This document shows, piece by piece, positions 61,921 through 64,000 of a DNA stretch of 64,000 bases. The stretch's first letter is position 1; each line of letters starts with the position of its first letter. The notes under the pieces are model-generated. The model had not been told where the DNA came from. It searched no databases and saw only the letters and a list, made by a program, of their open reading frames with translations. The stretch is from positions 189,782,001 to 189,846,000 of the forward strand of contig NC_091470.1 in NCBI RefSeq assembly GCF_036971445.1, read 5' to 3'. The DNA comes from Narcine bancroftii (lineage: Eukaryota). The translations under genes were made by a program, and so were the position numbers.

Positions 61921-63274
61921 AGAAAGTGGTTGATCCTTTCCTGTTTCTTACTCCCACCCACCCCCCCCCACCCCCCAACTGACTCAGTAGACATCCCCTC
62001 ACGACCTCCTCCATTTGTCCAGAGGTGATGCACTCCCCGATGAGCAACACTACACTTGCCGCACCATTTTCATGATTCGATGTCAAACGAGAGGTACACA
62101 GGTGGGTGCAGTGACCCTGCCCCCACAACTGACCTAACGGTGAGCAGGGTTTTGCAGGGCACCTTTCAAACGATTCTGAAAGTCAATGGGTGTTACTGTG
62201 GTCGCAGGACCACTTTTCGTGGAGTTATGCGTCGTAATCCGAGCCTGCGGTGTTACAAAGTTCACAACATTGTGTCCTTTTGGTGCCAATACTGTTGAGT
62301 GAGTGTTCTCTGCCTCTTCTTCCTCCCCGGTTTACTAGCCATGTCCGTAAAGTCTGCGCGTTGCAGATCCTAGCACCACCACCACCACGAGGCCAGCTGT
62401 TCTGTTTTCCTTTTAGTTGGTCTCCCCCAGGATCTGTGAGGTTTGCCTGCTCAGGCAGATAAACGCCTCCCGGCATGAATACGTTTTCCTTGGATTGATA
62501 TCGCCTACCCTGGATTGTCGGCCCGATCACGGTTTTACCGATTCTATAAACCGTGCACGGTTCCCCCAGAAACCTCCACCTGAGAATGCAGAATTCTCTC
62601 TCACTGCTCTCTAATCAAACGTCTATATTGTGACCCTAAATCTTTAGGACCAGGAATTCCGCCTCCTTCCGCGTCTGATCTGGATGCAAATTGCTTTTCC
62701 TTGATAGGCTGTTATACAAAACTCAGGATGAGACACGTCAACTGCATAAATGATAACCTACAGGGTGACCTGGCTTCGTGGCACAAAGCTCACACGATCC
62801 TGGCTATCCTGGCCACAGTGAGTGACCGATTGTAAGGTCCGTCGATAGTTTATTTTCGCCCCATCACTCATAAGCTTCTCTGAGACAAGAGGGAGGGAGG
62901 GGGGCAGAGGGTTGGGAGTTGGGGGCGGTGAACCACGTTTGGGGAGTGAACGCACTAAAAGTGGGGAAACCTGATTGAGTGACTGCTCTCGGGGTTCGCC
63001 CCTTCATGACGTCCTGCCCAATGCACCGCGCAGCTTCATCGGGACTCGTTATTAAATCTCTGAGCTTCCTTTAGCGCGACCATCTCCCTGCACGGTGATT
63101 TTGACTCTTAAACGATGCACAGAGAGGGAGTATGAGCAAAGTATCACAAGGTTGGTTCCGAATAAATGGAAGGAAAGGTTGTTTTGTCATTCACCAGAAA
63201 ATCCCACAGGGATCCCATATGATGTGGAAACCGCTAATGCAACGTGCAAAATTATGGGTTCATCAATCGCTCAG

Positions 63275-63410
63275 CCCTCTCTCTCTCTCTGTTTATCTCT
63301 CCTCCCTTCTCTCTCTCTCTCTCTCTCTGTCTGTTTACCTCTCCTCCCTTCTCTCTCTCTCTCTCTGTCTGTTTACCTCTCCCCCCCCCCCTCTCTCTCT
63401 CTCCCTCTCT
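63275..63410. repeat. (CT)n compound microsatellite
   Basis: Direct reading; a similar (CT)n lies at 877-908. Confidence 0.9.
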
Positions 63411-64000
63411 GTGTAATGAAAGTGATCATGGGCTGTTGACATCAACCTTTTCCTTCCCGTCTGTAAGAGCTCACACATAGGAATGCAAGAGGAACCAGTG
63501 TGCGAGCCCTTACTCCCAAGTGCGTGTTTATGACGGTATCTATGTTTTTTTCTGCGTCTCCAGTGCCCGTGTGTGGGCGCACACGTGTCTCTTTCTGTGC
63601 ATGGCTGGGTGTTTCTGTGTTGGGGGGGGTGTGTGTTTGCTGGGGGGGGGGGGTTGTTCGACGGAGGACAAAAAGAAGCGTTTGGTTATTTCGGTTTATC
63701 AACTCTAATTGGGAACATGTTTGAATGCATCCTGAAGGTGCGCACGGAAGGACCCCACAAGAAATTTCGAAACCAGGCGCAGTTTTATTCGAGCGGGTTA
63801 GAGTTTGTCGTATCACATAAAGTTTACAAAATAGTAGTCCGATTGCTCTTGGAGTCACGCGTGCACACGTTCCCCCGTACCCACTCCTACACACACACAA
63901 ACGCACGTACACATACTGGCCTGGAAGTGGGGTGACGAATAGATAGGACATGCTTTAATCTCATTGGCCTCATCAGTCAAAGTATTGAGGTCTATTCCCT

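Overview
Eukaryotic, vertebrate DNA. The repeat repertoire (CR1, L1, RTE, Rex1/Babar-type LINEs, Penelope, V-SINE-like SINEs, Chapaev3, hAT, Gypsy LTRs) points to a cartilaginous fish; this is an inference. One host gene can be reconstructed by hand: a + strand TRIM-family gene (B-box/coiled-coil/PRY-SPRY; A33/TRIM35/TRIM39-like) with six coding exons between ~12.7 and 38.3 kb, all GT-AG and phase-compatible. Its RING segment has decayed (in-frame stop, 2-bp insertion, loss of zinc ligands), while a strong-Kozak ATG at 12874 would give an intact 399-aa RING-less protein. Most of the remainder is nested transposable elements. The most unusual object is a 2.8-kb TSD-flanked L1 derivative (44762-47546). 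It keeps the 5' end and ORF1, but most of ORF2 is replaced by a ~200-bp fragment of a cytosolic HSP90 coding sequence. Both the HSP90 fragment and the residual ORF2 piece show near-complete sense-strand C-to-T conversion. Exon and TSD coordinates were read base by base; boundaries of degraded repeats are approximate.
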